From the NCBI GenBank assembly GCA_000004695.1, contig CM000150.2:1312001-1376000 (forward strand): a stretch of DNA of 64,000 nt. The letters are read 5' to 3'. Positions 41,351 through 57,106 of the stretch are shown piece by piece; position 1 is the stretch's first letter, and each line of letters opens with the position of its first letter. The stretch is from Dictyostelium discoideum (Eukaryota). The notes below the pieces were generated by a model that was not told the origin of the DNA, did not search any database, and worked only from the letters and a program-made list of their open reading frames with translations. A program made the position numbers and the translations under genes.

Positions 41351-42182
41351 TTATAAAACTAATGATTTATTTAACCAATCACGAGTTGGATTTGAAAGAT
41401 ATTCCTCAAAATCATAAATTTGAGATTCTTTTATATTTTGTAAATTTCTTTTTAAGATTTCATTAATATCTTCACTATTTGAGGTTGTATCGATTGTAAT
41501 TAATGTTTTTCTATTTTTTAACCAATCAGAACCAACTTTATCAATGGAAACTAAACCACTTGGACGATTTACTTCAATCTTTGAAATCTATATATAAGTG
41601 TGTGTGTATATAGATATATAGGTATATGTATTGAATGAAAACTATAATTAGAGATAAGAGTCTATAAAGAAAAAAATTGATAAAATAGAGGATGAATATA
41701 TATATATATAGATAATAGGAAATTTTACCATTAAAAAGCACATATTATTTAATTCATTGTTTAATCTATCAGCAATTTTTTTAGCTATTGGTTCAGGTTC
41801 TAATTCGTTTGCTATACATTGATTTGAATGATAATATCCAACCATATCTATATTATTATCTCTACAATATTTTTCAATCTTTTTATTTTTATTTTTTTAT
41901 TTAATCCATTATTATTATTATTATTAGTATATATATAATAAATTTATATTATTTTATATAATAAAAATGATTATGATACCATAATCATACCTGAATCATT
42001 GCAACTTCAAACATCGGTAATAAAGTTTGTGTATGAAAAAGTGGTATTATATCTGTAATTAAAATTGAGTTTTTATCGGCTTTACCAAGTAAAATTCCAT
42101 TAACTGATGATGCATGATGTTTAAATGAATGTAAATGAGCTTTTGATAGTGCTTCTGTAGTTATAGATATATTATTATTCAT
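41351..42182 (-). CDS. ER membrane protein complex subunit 8/9 homologue (EMC8/EMC9, UPF0172/COX4NB family), 192 aa; exons 41991..42182, 41729..41878 and 41351..41587
   Basis: Exon 1 is MNNNISITTEALSKAHLHSFKHHASSVNGILLGKADKNSILITDIIPLFHTQTLLPMFEVAMIQ, with donor GTATGA. Acceptor aaaAG (41880-41879). Exon 2 is IEKYCRDNNIDMVGYYHSNQCIANELEPEPIAKKIADRLNNELNNMCFLM, with donor GTAAAA. Acceptor tatAG (41589-41588). Exon 3 is ISKIEVNRPSGLVSIDKVGSDWLKNRKTLITIDTTSNSEDINEILK...DWLNKSLVL*. It parallels human EMC8 ([31 protein letters not shown]...[46 protein letters not shown]...[21 protein letters not shown]). Confidence 0.82.
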
Positions 42183-42219
42183 TGTTATTTTTATTTTTGT
42201 CAAAGTATTAAAATTTACA

Positions 42220-42250
<31 letters not shown>

Positions 42251-42667
42251 TGAAAATGAAAATTAAAAATGAAAAATGGGACAAAAGAAAAATTATTTTT
42301 ATTTTTATAATTTTTTTTTTTTTTTTGCAATCACTTAATTTTTTAATATGAGTTTTGTATGAATACTCAATCATATAAAATTTTAAAAAATCAATGATAC
42401 CATTCTGTTTTTCAAGTTTTTTTTTTTTTTTTTATTGATTTTTTGTAATTTTTTTTTTTTATTTTATATATAGTAAAGAATAAAATTTTAATTAATAATG
42501 CCAAATTTTAATTTTTAAAAAAATAAAATTAAAAAAAAAAAAACAAATTAAATAATCCAGATTTAATTCATTTATTTTTTGATTTTTTTTTTTCCCCAAG
42601 TGTCAAATTCGGGTGTTTTGGTCAAAAAAAAAAAAAAAAAAAATTTTATCCAGTTTCTCAAAGGATT

Positions 42668-42798
<131 letters not shown>

Positions 42799-42806
42799 TG
42801 TTATTA

Positions 42807-43227
42807 TTATTTTACAAAAAATTTTATTACACTCATAAATGAATCAATAATCACCAATATGAAATAGTAAATGATACGAAATAGGAAATGAAAGAATTTA
42901 TCTGAACATTTAAATATAAAGCTTGAAATTCTTAAAGATTCCTTTAAATATTTTGGAGATTTTCCTGTAACCAAAATTGAATAAGCTTTTCTTTGAAAAT
43001 TAACAATTTGATTAACATTTTTATCAATTAAAATATTACATTCTTTACATTGTGATAAATTATTAATATCATCATCACTAATTTTCGATAAACTTTGAAT
43101 ACTATCTAAACCATAACCATATTCTTTATACCCTTTCAATGGATCAAATGATTTAATATCTTCCAAAGTTCCTGATAAACATTCACTACATTGTGTATTT
43201 GTTCTTTCTTCATCTATAAAAAATATA

Positions 43228-43261
<34 letters not shown>

Positions 43262-43529
43262 CAATCATTACATCAATCAAGCCATTATCAAAATAATCTT
43301 TTTCTGAAATGAAATGAATACATTGATTATTATTCTTTGCTTTGTATTTATTTTCAGTATCTTTAATGATTTTTAATATATTATTATTATTATTTTTTAA
43401 AATGTGTAAACCATTGGGCTTATTTTGAAGATATTGGGTATTAAATGATAGGAATGAGCTTGAATACGGTTTGGGTAATGGATTAGAATTCCATATTTGA
43501 ACAGTTGGTAGATCATCTTTTTTTAACAT
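42807..43529 (-). CDS. Hypothetical protein, 240 aa, with two CxxC pairs (zinc-ribbon-like) and a C-terminal hydrophobic (tail-anchor-like) segment
   Basis: ORF MLKKDDLPTVQIWNSNPLPKPY...QCSECLSGTLEDIKSFDPLKGYKEYGYGLDSIQSLSKISDDDINNLSQCKECNILIDKNVNQIVNFQRKAYSILVTGKSPKYLKESLRISSFIFKCSDKFFHFLFRIIYYFILVIIDSFMSVIKFFVK*. No family assigned. A 45-codon ORF (MWLNKLKTNKNIIKIENLKNIKNFVKEKNRVDLFVYGNGLGNKEY*) ends 5 nt upstream in another frame. It is either a uORF or an unresolved upstream exon. Confidence 0.45.
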
Positions 43530-43699
43530 TAAACTAATATTCCTTATTTCCTAAACCATTTCCATATACAAATAAATCAACTCTATTCTTTTCCTTTACA
43601 AAATTTTTAATATTTTTTAAATTTTCAATCTTTATTATATTTTTATTGGTTTTTAGTTTATTTAACCACATTGTTTTAATTTTTGTATATTCCTCAGGT

Positions 43700-43735
<36 letters not shown>

Positions 43736-43834
43736 GGAAAATCTAAAAAAAAACAAAAATAAATTGGAATATCCAATATATATCCAAATATTAATTAATA
43801 TACAATTCAATATTATTATTTACAAATTGTTTTA

Positions 43835-45919
<2,085 letters not shown>

Positions 45920-45974
45920 TAATGAATTTTCAATTAAATTATTATTTCTATAAAATTAATAAAAAAGTTAGTAT

Positions 45975-46192
<218 letters not shown>

Positions 46193-46196
46193 AATA

Positions 46197-46611
46197 TTAC
46201 ATTTTACTTTCAGATTTCCAACTTTTACTATTTTGAAAGAATTTTGAAGCTAAACAAATATTAAAAGGTAAGGTTGAAATAGTTTTAATATCAGAATCAT
46301 CAATGATGAAAATTGAAGATAATAATGAAATTTTATGACGATAATGAGCCCATGCAATTAAACCATAATCATTTGGAAATCTATAAAAATCTGATTCTGG
46401 TATATTATAAGGACAACTAAAATAATAAATTGGTGCTTTAACTTGATTTGATAAATTTGAAATTAATAATTTAATTGTATCCCTATATTGATTTAATATT
46501 GATACATTATCATTCTCTAAACAACTTAGTGGATATAATGAAACTTCATCAATTAATATTATAATTCTTTTACTATTATTATTATTGTTCTTATTATTAT
46601 TACTATTATTC

Positions 46612-46678
<67 letters not shown>

Positions 46679-47552
46679 CACCACCACTATTATCAAACCA
46701 ATCCTTAATTGAAATATAAAATTCATCATTTTCATTTTCTTTTAATTTAATTCTATATGATGGGAGTACTGAATTTTGATTGAATTGTGATATTTTTTCA
46801 AATTCAAATATTGATCTTGCGTCAATGAATAATGCTATATTTTTAAATTTCTTTTCTATTAATTGATACCTTGAATTATAGGTTAGAGGAGTTGTAATAT
46901 TTTTAACATATGTATAACCATCATGACTGAATGGTTGTTTAAATTCCAATTTAAATGTATCTAAATCAATCTTTGGTATTTTTTGTAAAGTAGAAGAGGA
47001 GTCAGAAGATGAAAATTCACAATCATACCAAACACTACTCCACTTTAATTGTAATTCACCACCACTTGGTTCAAAATTTAATAAAATGATTGATGAAATT
47101 GCAATTTGTGAACTTGAAATTGCACCAAGATAACTACTTCTTACTGTTGGTAAATGATTTGTATCATCAACAACAACATTTTTACCTTCTTTTAATGCTT
47201 TCAATACTAAACTTATAACTTTTTTAAATGATATTAAACTATTATTGTTATTGTTATTATTGTTGTTATTACTATTATCATTATCTGTTATAATATCACT
47301 ATTTTGATGAAATAAGTCTTGTGCTGATATTCTTTGATGTGTATCTTTATAAATTGATTGATAATAAAATGTTTTACCACATGAACTTGGTCCACAAAAG
47401 AGTATAATTTCAGGTGCTCCCTTTACAAAATTAAATCTTTTTATTGGTTGTTGTTCATTTATTTGTGGTTTTGGTGGTGAATATTTAAAAATTTGTTGTT
47501 GTTGTTGTTGTTGAGGTTTTGTATGAGAATTTGTTGATAGATTTGTTATCAT
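46197..47552 (-). CDS. P-loop kinase-like (AAA_33/PNK-like nucleotide kinase fold) protein; probable start at M of MITNLSTNSH (47552), ~451 aa
   Basis: Walker A box (ILFCGPSSCGKTFYYQSIY) and a kinase-type ...KEGKNVVVDDTNHLPTVRSSY... motif. The C-terminal half has D-rich, HAD-like motifs (IALFIDARSIF; RIIILIDEVSL). The ORF-track N-terminus (MFLLFYFIICKY...) derives from a poly-A/T tract and is probably 5' UTR. Confidence 0.55.
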
Positions 47553-47895
47553 TCTAGAATATATAATAAAACATATAAATAAATTGTAAAAAAAAAAAAA
47601 CAAAGAAAGATATTTACAAATAATAAAATAAAATAATAAAAACAAAAAAAAAAAAAATAAAATAATATAAAAAAAAAAACAATTAAAAAAATAAAAAAAA
47701 TAAAAAAAATAAAAAAACTCAATTTAAATTTTCTAAGAAAAATAATGATTTCAAAAAAAAAAAGATATTTTTTGAAAAATTGTAAAAATAAATAAATAAA
47801 TTTTAGGTAAAAAAATTATAATTTTTTAAAATATGTATTTTATAATATTAAAAATAATACTATATTTTATTAGAGAATAAATAAATAGTTAATTA

Positions 47896-48284
47896 TTAAT
47901 TATTTTGTTGTATTTGTTGATTATTAATTTGTTGTTGTTGTTGTTGTTGCTGTTGTTGTATTTGAATTTGTTGAATTTGTTGTGTTGTCAATTGTTGTTG
48001 CGCATTTGCAGCTTGTTCACTATCGATATCTAAAAATGATAAAATCCAATGATCCTCTTCATTTGAACCAGTCATTGGGTTTGGATATGAACTACCATTT
48101 CCTCCACTTAATAATGGTGTTAAAAATTGATTGTTATTATTATTATTATTATTATTATTGTTATTGTTATTATTATTTAAATTGCTATTTATTGATTGTG
48201 GTACTTGGAACTTATCTACATTGCCACTACTTGTAGTTGTAGTAGTAGTGGTAGTGGTAGTAGTATTATTATTGTTATTATTGC

Positions 48285-48327
<43 letters not shown>

Positions 48328-48555
48328 ATTATTAATATTATTATTGTTGGTTTCTTCATTCTTTGGTTTTGTTGGAGTTGTTTGAGACTGTGATGATTGG
48401 GTGTTATCATTATTTGGTTGTTTAGTTGATTGAGAAGTTGGTGAAGAATCTGAAAAATCATTCATTTGTTGATTTGCTGCCTGATCAATAAAAGGTACTT
48501 GACCTGGTGATGAGTTTTGTTCCGCTTTGATTGGTGGTGATGGTTTATTGCTGTT

Positions 48556-48647
<92 letters not shown>

Positions 48648-48742
48648 CTGCGCTTGAGGATTTTGGTGAATTTTGTTGTTGTTGTGATGGTTGTTGTTGT
48701 ATTTGTTGTTGTTGTAGTAAAGGTTGTTGTATTTGTTGTTGA

Positions 48743-48808
<66 letters not shown>

Positions 48809-48972
48809 GGTTGTTGTTGTTGTTGTTGTTGTGGTTGTTGTTGTTGTTGCTGAGGTTGGTGTTGTTGTTGAGGTTGTTGTTGTTGTTGGTGTTGTTGAGG
48901 TTGTTGTTGTTGGTGTTGTTGAGGTTGTTGTTGTTGAGGTTGTTGTTGGTGTTGTTGTTGTAGTTGTTGAAG

Positions 48973-49037
<65 letters not shown>

Positions 49038-49131
49038 GCATCGATTGTGATTGAGGTAAAGGTGGTGGTTGCATTTGTTGTTGTTGTTGTGGAGGAGGTG
49101 GTGGTTGCATTTGCATCATTTGATTATGAAT

Positions 49132-49178
<47 letters not shown>

Positions 49179-49419
49179 GATGCATCATATGGTTATGTTG
49201 CATGTAATTTTGTTGAATTTGTTGTTGATGTACAGTTTCATATTGACCATAAGACATATGTCTTCTTTGATCAATACCATTTGAATTTTGAATATTATTT
49301 AAAAGTGAACTTTGATCAATTTGACCATATGGCGAATATGAATGTCTTCTCTGTTCATTTTGCATATTTATAATTGCACTCATATCATATTGTGCATAGG
49401 GTATTGGCCCTGCTCTACC

Positions 49420-49451
<32 letters not shown>

Positions 49452-49477
49452 TATTGTTGTTATTGTTATTGTTATTA

Positions 49478-49518
<41 letters not shown>

Positions 49519-50997
49519 ATCTTCGTTATTTAAAACTGGTGTTGAATTAGGTGATATTTGATTTGCATTAACAATGGGTGAACTGTTTGGTTGTGGTGGT
49601 TGCATTGAATTATTACTACCACTCGATGATAATAAATTATTATTAGTATTACCATTTAACATATAAGGTGAATAAGAATGTGCCCTTCTTTGATCATCAA
49701 TTTGACTTTGAATTTGTTGTTGTTGTTGTTGTAATTGTTGTTGATGTTGTTGTTGTTGTTCAAATGAATTCATTGAATGTCTTCTTTGGTCTTCTACTAA
49801 ATTTGGCGATGATAAATTCAATTTATTTGCCAACACTTTATCGGATGATTGTTCTTTTAATGATTGTTGTTGTTGCTGTTGTTGTTGTTGTTGTTGTTGT
49901 TGTACTGGTGAATTATTATTTGATTGTCTATTACCATTATCTTCAGATGATACAGATGATAATGTTGTAGTGGTAGTTGTTGTCGATGATGATGATGATG
50001 ATGATGGGTTTGTTGAAGTTGTGGTTGTAGTTGTTGTTGATCTATTGCCAGCAATATTAATTTTAATTTTACCTTTTGGAGAAGAGTTACCATTGATTGT
50101 AGATTTACCTTTTGGTGATTGTGCAATTGATAATGATGTTATATTTGGTGTTGCAGTGGTTGATGATGGTAATTCTTGAGTTGAATCATTTCCGCCACCA
50201 CCATTTATTTCATTATCACTGGTTCTTTTAAATTTCTTTTGTGGTGCAGGAACTTGTCTATCAGAATTACTCATGATATTATTATTGTTATTACCCATAT
50301 TATTCATGTTTGGTGAATTTGAATTGGATAATTTAAATGATGAAAAACCTTGACCTGGTACGGCAGGGCTATTTGAACTATTATTCATATGATTATTCAT
50401 ATGACTATTCATATGATTATTATTATTGTTATTGTTGTTATTATTATTATTATTATTATTACTTAATGGAACAGCATGTACATTTGAAGATGCTTCATCA
50501 GCACCTTCAGATAACATGAATTCAATACATTTTAAAACTTGTTTAACACGCATTTCACAATCCAAATCTGATAAAATCTTTGGTAAACACTTATTATAAG
50601 TTGGATTATATGTCATAACTGATGGATTATTATTATTTGGTGTTGCCATTGATGTTGATGATGTTGTTGGTGTATTGGTTATCATTGTTGACGATGTTGA
50701 TTGTTGTAGTGGTTGTAATTGTTGTTGTTGTTGTTGTTGTGGTTGTTGTTGAGCTTGTTGTTGTAGTTGTTGAGCTTGTTGTTGTTGTTGAATTTGTTGT
50801 TGGATTTGTTGTTGGTGTGGTTGTTGATGTTGTTGGATTTGTTGATGGTGTTGTTGTTGATGTTGTTGTTGGTGATGTTGTTGTTGGTGATGGTGGTGTT
50901 GTTGTTGCATTGGTTGTTGCATTAAAATTTGAGGTGGTTGTTGGAGTCCTAATCCATTTGGGACTACATTCATCATTTGTGGAGTTAGTTGTGGATT

Positions 50998-51000
<3 letters not shown>
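47896..51000 (-). CDS. Very large Q/N/H/T-rich low-complexity protein, 1034 aa, with one short ordinary-sequence island (putative transcription-regulator-like)
   Basis: ORF MNPQLTPQMMNVVPNGLGLQQPPQ.... The non-repetitive island is YNKCLPKILSDLDCEMRVKQVLKCIEFMLSEGADEAS, and there are repeated ...DQRRHSYSPY... motifs. Opposite-strand poly-L/V ORFs are artefacts. Confidence 0.7.
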
Positions 51001-51047
<47 letters not shown>

Positions 51048-51615
51048 GTTATTAAAAAAAAAAAAAGGGGGGAAAGTTTTAAAGATGTTTTTTATGTGAA
51101 TGAGAGTGGATTATACAATGATTAAAATTATTGAATTTTATTATTATATTTTTTCTCTCTATGATTTATGTTTATATAAAAATGAAAAAAAAAAAAATAA
51201 AAAAAAAAAAAGGTTTGTGTGGGGAAAATAAAAAAAAAAAATTGATAAAGAATTAGTATAAAATTATTTTGGTTTAAATCTGAAAAAAAAAAAAAAAAAA
51301 AAAAAAAATCTTTAGATTTGGGGCAATATTGGAGAGAAATCTAAAACTTTTTTTATTTTATTTTCAATTTTTTTTTTTTTTTTATATATAAATTGATGGT
51401 AATCCAAAAATAAAAAAAAAAAAAAAGGAAAGATTTAGATTGGTAATGATTTGGAAATCTTACTTTTTTTGATTTTTTTTTTTTTATTTGATTTTTTTTT
51501 TGATTTTTTATAATTATTACTATTATTTTAATTCCAAAAAAAAACTATGATAAATTGAATCAAATAACTATTTTAAAATAATACAAATTTTATTTGAAAC
51601 ACCAATAAAAATTGG

Positions 51616-51660
<45 letters not shown>

Positions 51661-52877
51661 CTCGAATATAATTAATTTAAAAAATAAAAAAATTTTAATA
51701 AAAAGGTTTGTAGTTTAATAATACTATTATGATAAATTTGTAATTATATTATTACTATTGTTTTCTGTGTTTTGGTTGGAGATATAATGTGATGCTTTTT
51801 TTTTTTTTTTTCTTATTTTTTATTTTTTTTTTTTTTATTTTTTTTTTTTGGTTTTCAAAATTAAATAAAATAAATAAATTTTAAAAGAAAAAATGATTGA
51901 TGATGGTAATATTAAGAAAAAAAAAAAATTAAAAAAAAAATTAAAAAAATAATAAATTAAAAATATTATTTTTTAAATTAAATTTATTTGCACTTAATTG
52001 AGATAGAGAGAACCCATAAAAATTATTTGTGTTTTTTTTTTTTTTTTTTTTTTTGTGTGGGAAAGTGGGGTGTTGGTGTGTGAATTAAATTTATAAATGT
52101 ATATATTTATATAATTGTATTTGTATATCTTTGTGTGAGTGTGTGAATTTGTGTTAAAAAGAGAGAAACAAAAAAAAAAAAAAAAAAAAAGGATAAATTT
52201 AGAAGTATGTGTTTTATGAGTGTTGATTTTTTTTTATTTTTTTTTTTTTTTTTATTTTTTTATTTTTTATTTTTTTTATTAATATTATTTATTTTAAGAG
52301 TGTGTTGCTTCAAAAAAAAAAAAAAAAAAAAAATAATAAAAAATAAAAAATAAAATAAAAAAAAAAAAATAATAAAATAATTAAATTTTTTTTTTTTTTT
52401 TTTTTATTATGATAAAGGTTAAGACATATACTTTTTTCATTCAAATATTTTAATATTAAAAATATTTAATGGGGGATTTTAATGAATTGTTTTATAAAAA
52501 AAAAAATAAAAAAAAAATAAAAATAAAAAAAAAAAAAAAAAAACCAAAAATATTTGGCAAACTACAAATTTCAAAACAAAGATATATCAATTTTTAGCGG
52601 TGGGGGTATATAAAAAATAAAATAAAATAAAATAAAAAAAATAATTTGGATTGTGATGTTGGAGTGTTTTATTGTTATTTCACTTTTTTAAAATTTTTTA
52701 AAACTATTTTTATTGCTAATTAGAAAAAGGTACAAAAAAAAAAAAAAAAATAATAAAAAAAATAAAAAATAAGACATTAAACAATGTATTAAATAATAAA
52801 TAAAAATATTTTAAAATTAAGTGTTATGCGTGTGTATATATTCGATTTTTATTTTAGTACTTAGTACTTAGTATTAA

Positions 52878-52936
<59 letters not shown>

Positions 52937-53317
52937 CCCTTTCTGTCAATAGATGATTACTGATTTAATTAATAAAAATGGGTGAAAATATCTATATTTT
53001 GTAATATTATATTAAACAATATTATATTTTGTAAATCTGTTGTTTATACTAAATAAATATATAATATATGAATAAATAAACATATGTATATATAGTGCAA
53101 AGAGTATTACAATAATATTATTGTTGTTATTATTATTGTGGTATCGTGAGGTTTATTTAAAAGGCGTATATTTTTAGTATTTTTTATTGGTTTATTTTTT
53201 TATTTATTTATCTGTCATCTATTTCCATTTTTATCAATTATTATTATTATTTTTATTTATTTTTTCAAATTATTACTATTTACTATTTACAATTTTTTTT
53301 TTTTGAAATATTTTGAT

Positions 53318-53947
53318 CTATTTTCTATTTATATTGAATTCTTTAACAAATTTTTCTTGACATGCTGTAAATTCTTTTAAAATATCCGAACAATTTAAAA
53401 AATGATCCTTATTATTTGATAAACATTGAATTAAATTTTTTTCTTTTTCAATACATTTTGAAACCACTTTTTCTTTTCTATTTTTTATTTTATTTTATTT
53501 TTATAATATTACATATATATATATATATAAAATTCAGAGTATGTTTGTATTATGTATGTTATTTGTTTAAGTATGAGTGTATGTGTAACATATAATAAAA
53601 ATTATTTTTAAAATAATTTATTCCAAAAAAAAAAAATAAAAAATAAAATAAAAAATAAAAAAAAAAAAAAAAAAAAAAAATATTTAGAATTAATTTATTT
53701 ATTACAATATTATAAAATAAAACTAGTTTATTTATTTTAAAACATACATTAAAAATTGATTAAAAATTTCAAAATGTTGATTTTCAATTTTTTTCATTTC
53801 TTCATTGCTTTTATTAAAAACTTTTGAAATATCATTTTTAAATTCATTTAAAACATTATCATCAATAATTAATCTATCATTGTCACCCATAATTTGTGCA
53901 TTTGTAATTGTTGTTATATTATCTATTGCTACTGAATTATCTTCCAT
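53318..53947 (-). CDS. Twin Cx9C (CHCH-domain) protein with an N-terminal extension, ~119 aa; exons 53748..53947 and 53318..53477
   Basis: Exon 1 is MEDNSVAIDNITTITNAQIMGDNDRLIIDDNVLNEFKNDISKVFNKSNEEMKKIENQHFEIFNQFL plus AT, with donor GTATGT (53747-53742). Acceptor aaatAG (53479-53478). Exon 2 is (I)KEKVVSKCIEKEKNLIQCLSNNKDHFLNCSDILKEFTACQEKFVKEFNINRK*, which contains two Cx9C pairs. Confidence 0.65.
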
Positions 53948-54266
53948 GATTATGTGTGTGTGCTGGTGGTAGTGATTAAACGAAAAATGAAATGAAAAAA
54001 AATAAAAAAAAATAAAAAATTATGGAGAAAAAAAAAAATTTGAAAAAAAAAAAAAAAAAAAAAAAAAAATTCTAATTATTACCCATTAATGGATATAAAA
54101 ATATATATTTATATTTAAATTTATATTGCTTTTTGTATGTAATTTTTTAAATATATAATAATTTTATTTTATTTTATTTTTATTTTTATTTTTTTTGTTT
54201 ATTTTTTTTATTTTTTATTTTTTTATTTTCATTTTCATTTTTAATTTTTTTTTTTTTTATTTTTTT

Positions 54267-55566
54267 TTAATTTGATTCAAGTACAAATGATGTACATTTT
54301 TTAATGATTTCAATTGATTGTTTAATTTGATCAGAAGATAAATTTGAAGAAACAGAGATACGAATTGATGGTTTTGGAATGAATTTTTCAGCAGAAACAT
54401 ATTTAGCACGAGTTAATAATAAACCATAATCCATTGCTTTATCGACAATCTTTTGTAATAATAATTCATCATTTATTCTATTTGATTTATTTGATTTTGA
54501 ATCTAATAGGGATAAATGAATAACAGGTGAAATTGGTAAAGAAGTGATCTCCAATAACCCATTTAATGCACCACTCTTATTTAAACCTTGATATAGTTCA
54601 CCAATATTAGAATGTAACATCTCCAACATTTTTGGATTCTCTTCCAACATCTCAATGGCTTTAGTTGATGAACATGCTAAAAATGGTGGTAATGATGCTG
54701 AAAATACATAACCAACACCATTCAATCTTTGATGATAAACTACCTCTGGTGAACCACAACAAAATCCACCACCTGAACTAAATGAATTACCATATGATCC
54801 TGTTAAAATATCAACTAAATTTGTCTGTATAAAATAAACAAACAATAAATTAATAAATAAATAATATAATATAAATAATATAATAATTAATTATTAATTA
54901 ATCTTACATCAATATTATAATGCTCTGTTAAACCTCTACCAGTTGAACCTAAAACACCAACAGAATGAGATTCATCCATAATTAATCTAAATTTATATTG
55001 TTCTTTAAATTTTAAAATTTGTGGTAATGGTGCAATTGTACCGGAATTATAGTAAAGACCTTCAATAACAACGAATTTTCTAACGATCTTTGCTTTACTA
55101 CCTTTAAATTGAGTTTGTTCTAAAACTCTTTGAAGATCATCCATATCATTATGATTAAAATAATAAATTCTACTACGTGATAATGAAACACCAACTTGAA
55201 CTGGTTGTGATACACCTCTATCACTATTATTATAATTATTTTAATTATTATTATTATTATTATTATTATTATGTTAAATATTGGTGAGATATATATATCC
55301 ATAATTTTAAAATTTTATATATACATACACAATAATAATATCACCAATTTTTGAAAAAGATGGAATTGCAGATGAAATTGTAGCATAAGCAGAAGAGTAT
55401 AAAACTGCTTCTGGTGTTTTCATAAAAGATGCTGTTTTCTTTTCAAGATCTAAATGAACATCAATTGTACCATAAAAACCACGTGGTCCACATGAACCAA
55501 CACCATATTTTCTAATTGCATTCTCTGAAATTTTCTAAATAAAGAAATAAATGAGTTCATTTATTT

Positions 55567-55610
<44 letters not shown>

Positions 55611-56004
55611 TTTTTAAAAAACTTTAAAAAATATAAAGACATACATTAATTTCAGGATTATTAATTAAACCTAAATAATTTGATCTTGCAAGATTTAAAT
55701 ATTTTTTATTATTAATTGTTACATGAGTACCTTCAGATTCTTGAATGATTAATTCAGTTTGATTTAAAACTTCTAATGGATTAGATTTTGGTGTTAATGG
55801 AATTGGTGACCATTCACGAATTAATTCATCCTCTTCTGCTTTAGTTAATGTATCATTTTGTCTTGGTTTAAATGGTCTCTTTGTAAGAAGATATATTATA
55901 AATACTGCCATCAATCCATGGATGAAAAGATTTGGACTTGTACTTGTAACTATAAATTCTTTTGTATAATATAAAATATTATTATAAATATCGAATAAAA
56001 ACAT
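54267..56004 (-). CDS. sptA: Serine palmitoyltransferase subunit 1 (LCB1/SPTLC1; class-II aminotransferase/AONS family), ~479 aa; exons 55645..56004, 55329..55534, 54908..55223 and 54267..54824
   Basis: Exon 1 is MFLFDIYNN...[19 protein letters not shown]...[24 protein letters not shown], with donor GTATGT. Exon 2 is [68 protein letters not shown] plus GT, with donor GTATGT. Exon 3 is (V)[11 protein letters not shown]...[13 protein letters not shown]...[55 protein letters not shown], with donor GTAAGA. Exon 4 is [47 protein letters not shown]...*. It is colinear with human SPTLC1, including a K-to-N change at the PLP-lysine position ([13 protein letters not shown]) that is typical of LCB1. 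Confidence 0.9.
55569..55608. repeat. (TG)n dinucleotide repeat, ~19 units, inside sptA intron 1
   Basis: 'gtgtgagtgtgtgtgtgtgtgtgtgtgtgtgtgtgtgtgtat'. Confidence 0.95.
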
Positions 56005-56295
56005 TTTTTTTAATTTTTATTTTATTTTTTTTTAAATTTTTATTTATTTTTTTTTTTTTTTTTTATAGATTTGTTTATTTTTCGTTTATCGGGTGATTAG
56101 TGTTGATTAAATTATTATTATTATTAAATTATTATATTTTTTATTTTATTTTTATAGTAGTACAAGATATACCCAATAAACAAAAAACAAAATAAAACAA
56201 AACAAAATTTAATAAAATAAAATGCAACACAATAATATCCAAATAGAGTAAATTTTAAAAAAAAAAAAATACAATGAATGATTAAATATATTTTG

Positions 56296-56342
<47 letters not shown>

Positions 56343-56537
56343 AAATAAAATAAAATAAAAAAAAAATAAAATTTAAAAAAAAAAACAAAAAAAAAAAGAG
56401 TGTCGCGACAGTTTTTTTTGTTGCTTAGAGTGATTGGTTAGAATGGCGGTAAAAGAAAAAAAAAAAAAAAAAAAAAAAATAAAAACTAATAAAAATAAAA
56501 AGAAAAAATATAACATATAACTTAAGATTTTTTTCTT

Positions 56538-56575
<38 letters not shown>

Positions 56576-56762
56576 TTTTTTTTATAAATATATTTAATTT
56601 TATTTTTATTTTTGATGATTAATAAAGATTTTTTTTTATTATTTTATTTTATTTTATTTAAACTCTTTTTTTTTTTTTTTTTTTTTTTTTTGGATTTTTT
56701 TTTTTAGATTTTTTTTTTTTTTTGATTTGTTTTTTTTTTTTTAAAAAAAAAAAAAAAACAAC

Positions 56763-57065
56763 TTATTGAGATTGTTGACCAGTTTCACAATTATTGAAAA
56801 TTATAGAAACTAATGATTGAATTCTATTTGTTGAGTGAACCATAATTCTTAAAATATTCATCATTGATTGATTTCTTCTAATTAAATTTTTAACTTCCTT
56901 TTCAAATGAAAGATTTCCTAAGATTTTAACTGCTAATAATAATAATTCATATGATGGATTATTATAATTTACAATTACAATCTTTGTTAATAATTCAACT
57001 AAATCTTGTTGGGCTAATTGTGGTAAAAGTTTTTCTATAAAAAAAAAAAAATTTTAAGTTAGTAT

Positions 57066-57106
<41 letters not shown>

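Noticed and set aside
48131-50179. Multiple poly-L/poly-V/poly-I/poly-C ORFs (for example 48654..49373 and 48724..48963) opposite or out of frame with the Q-rich gene 47896..51000
   Set aside because: Reverse-complement and frameshifted readings of (CAA)n/(AAT)n; artefacts.
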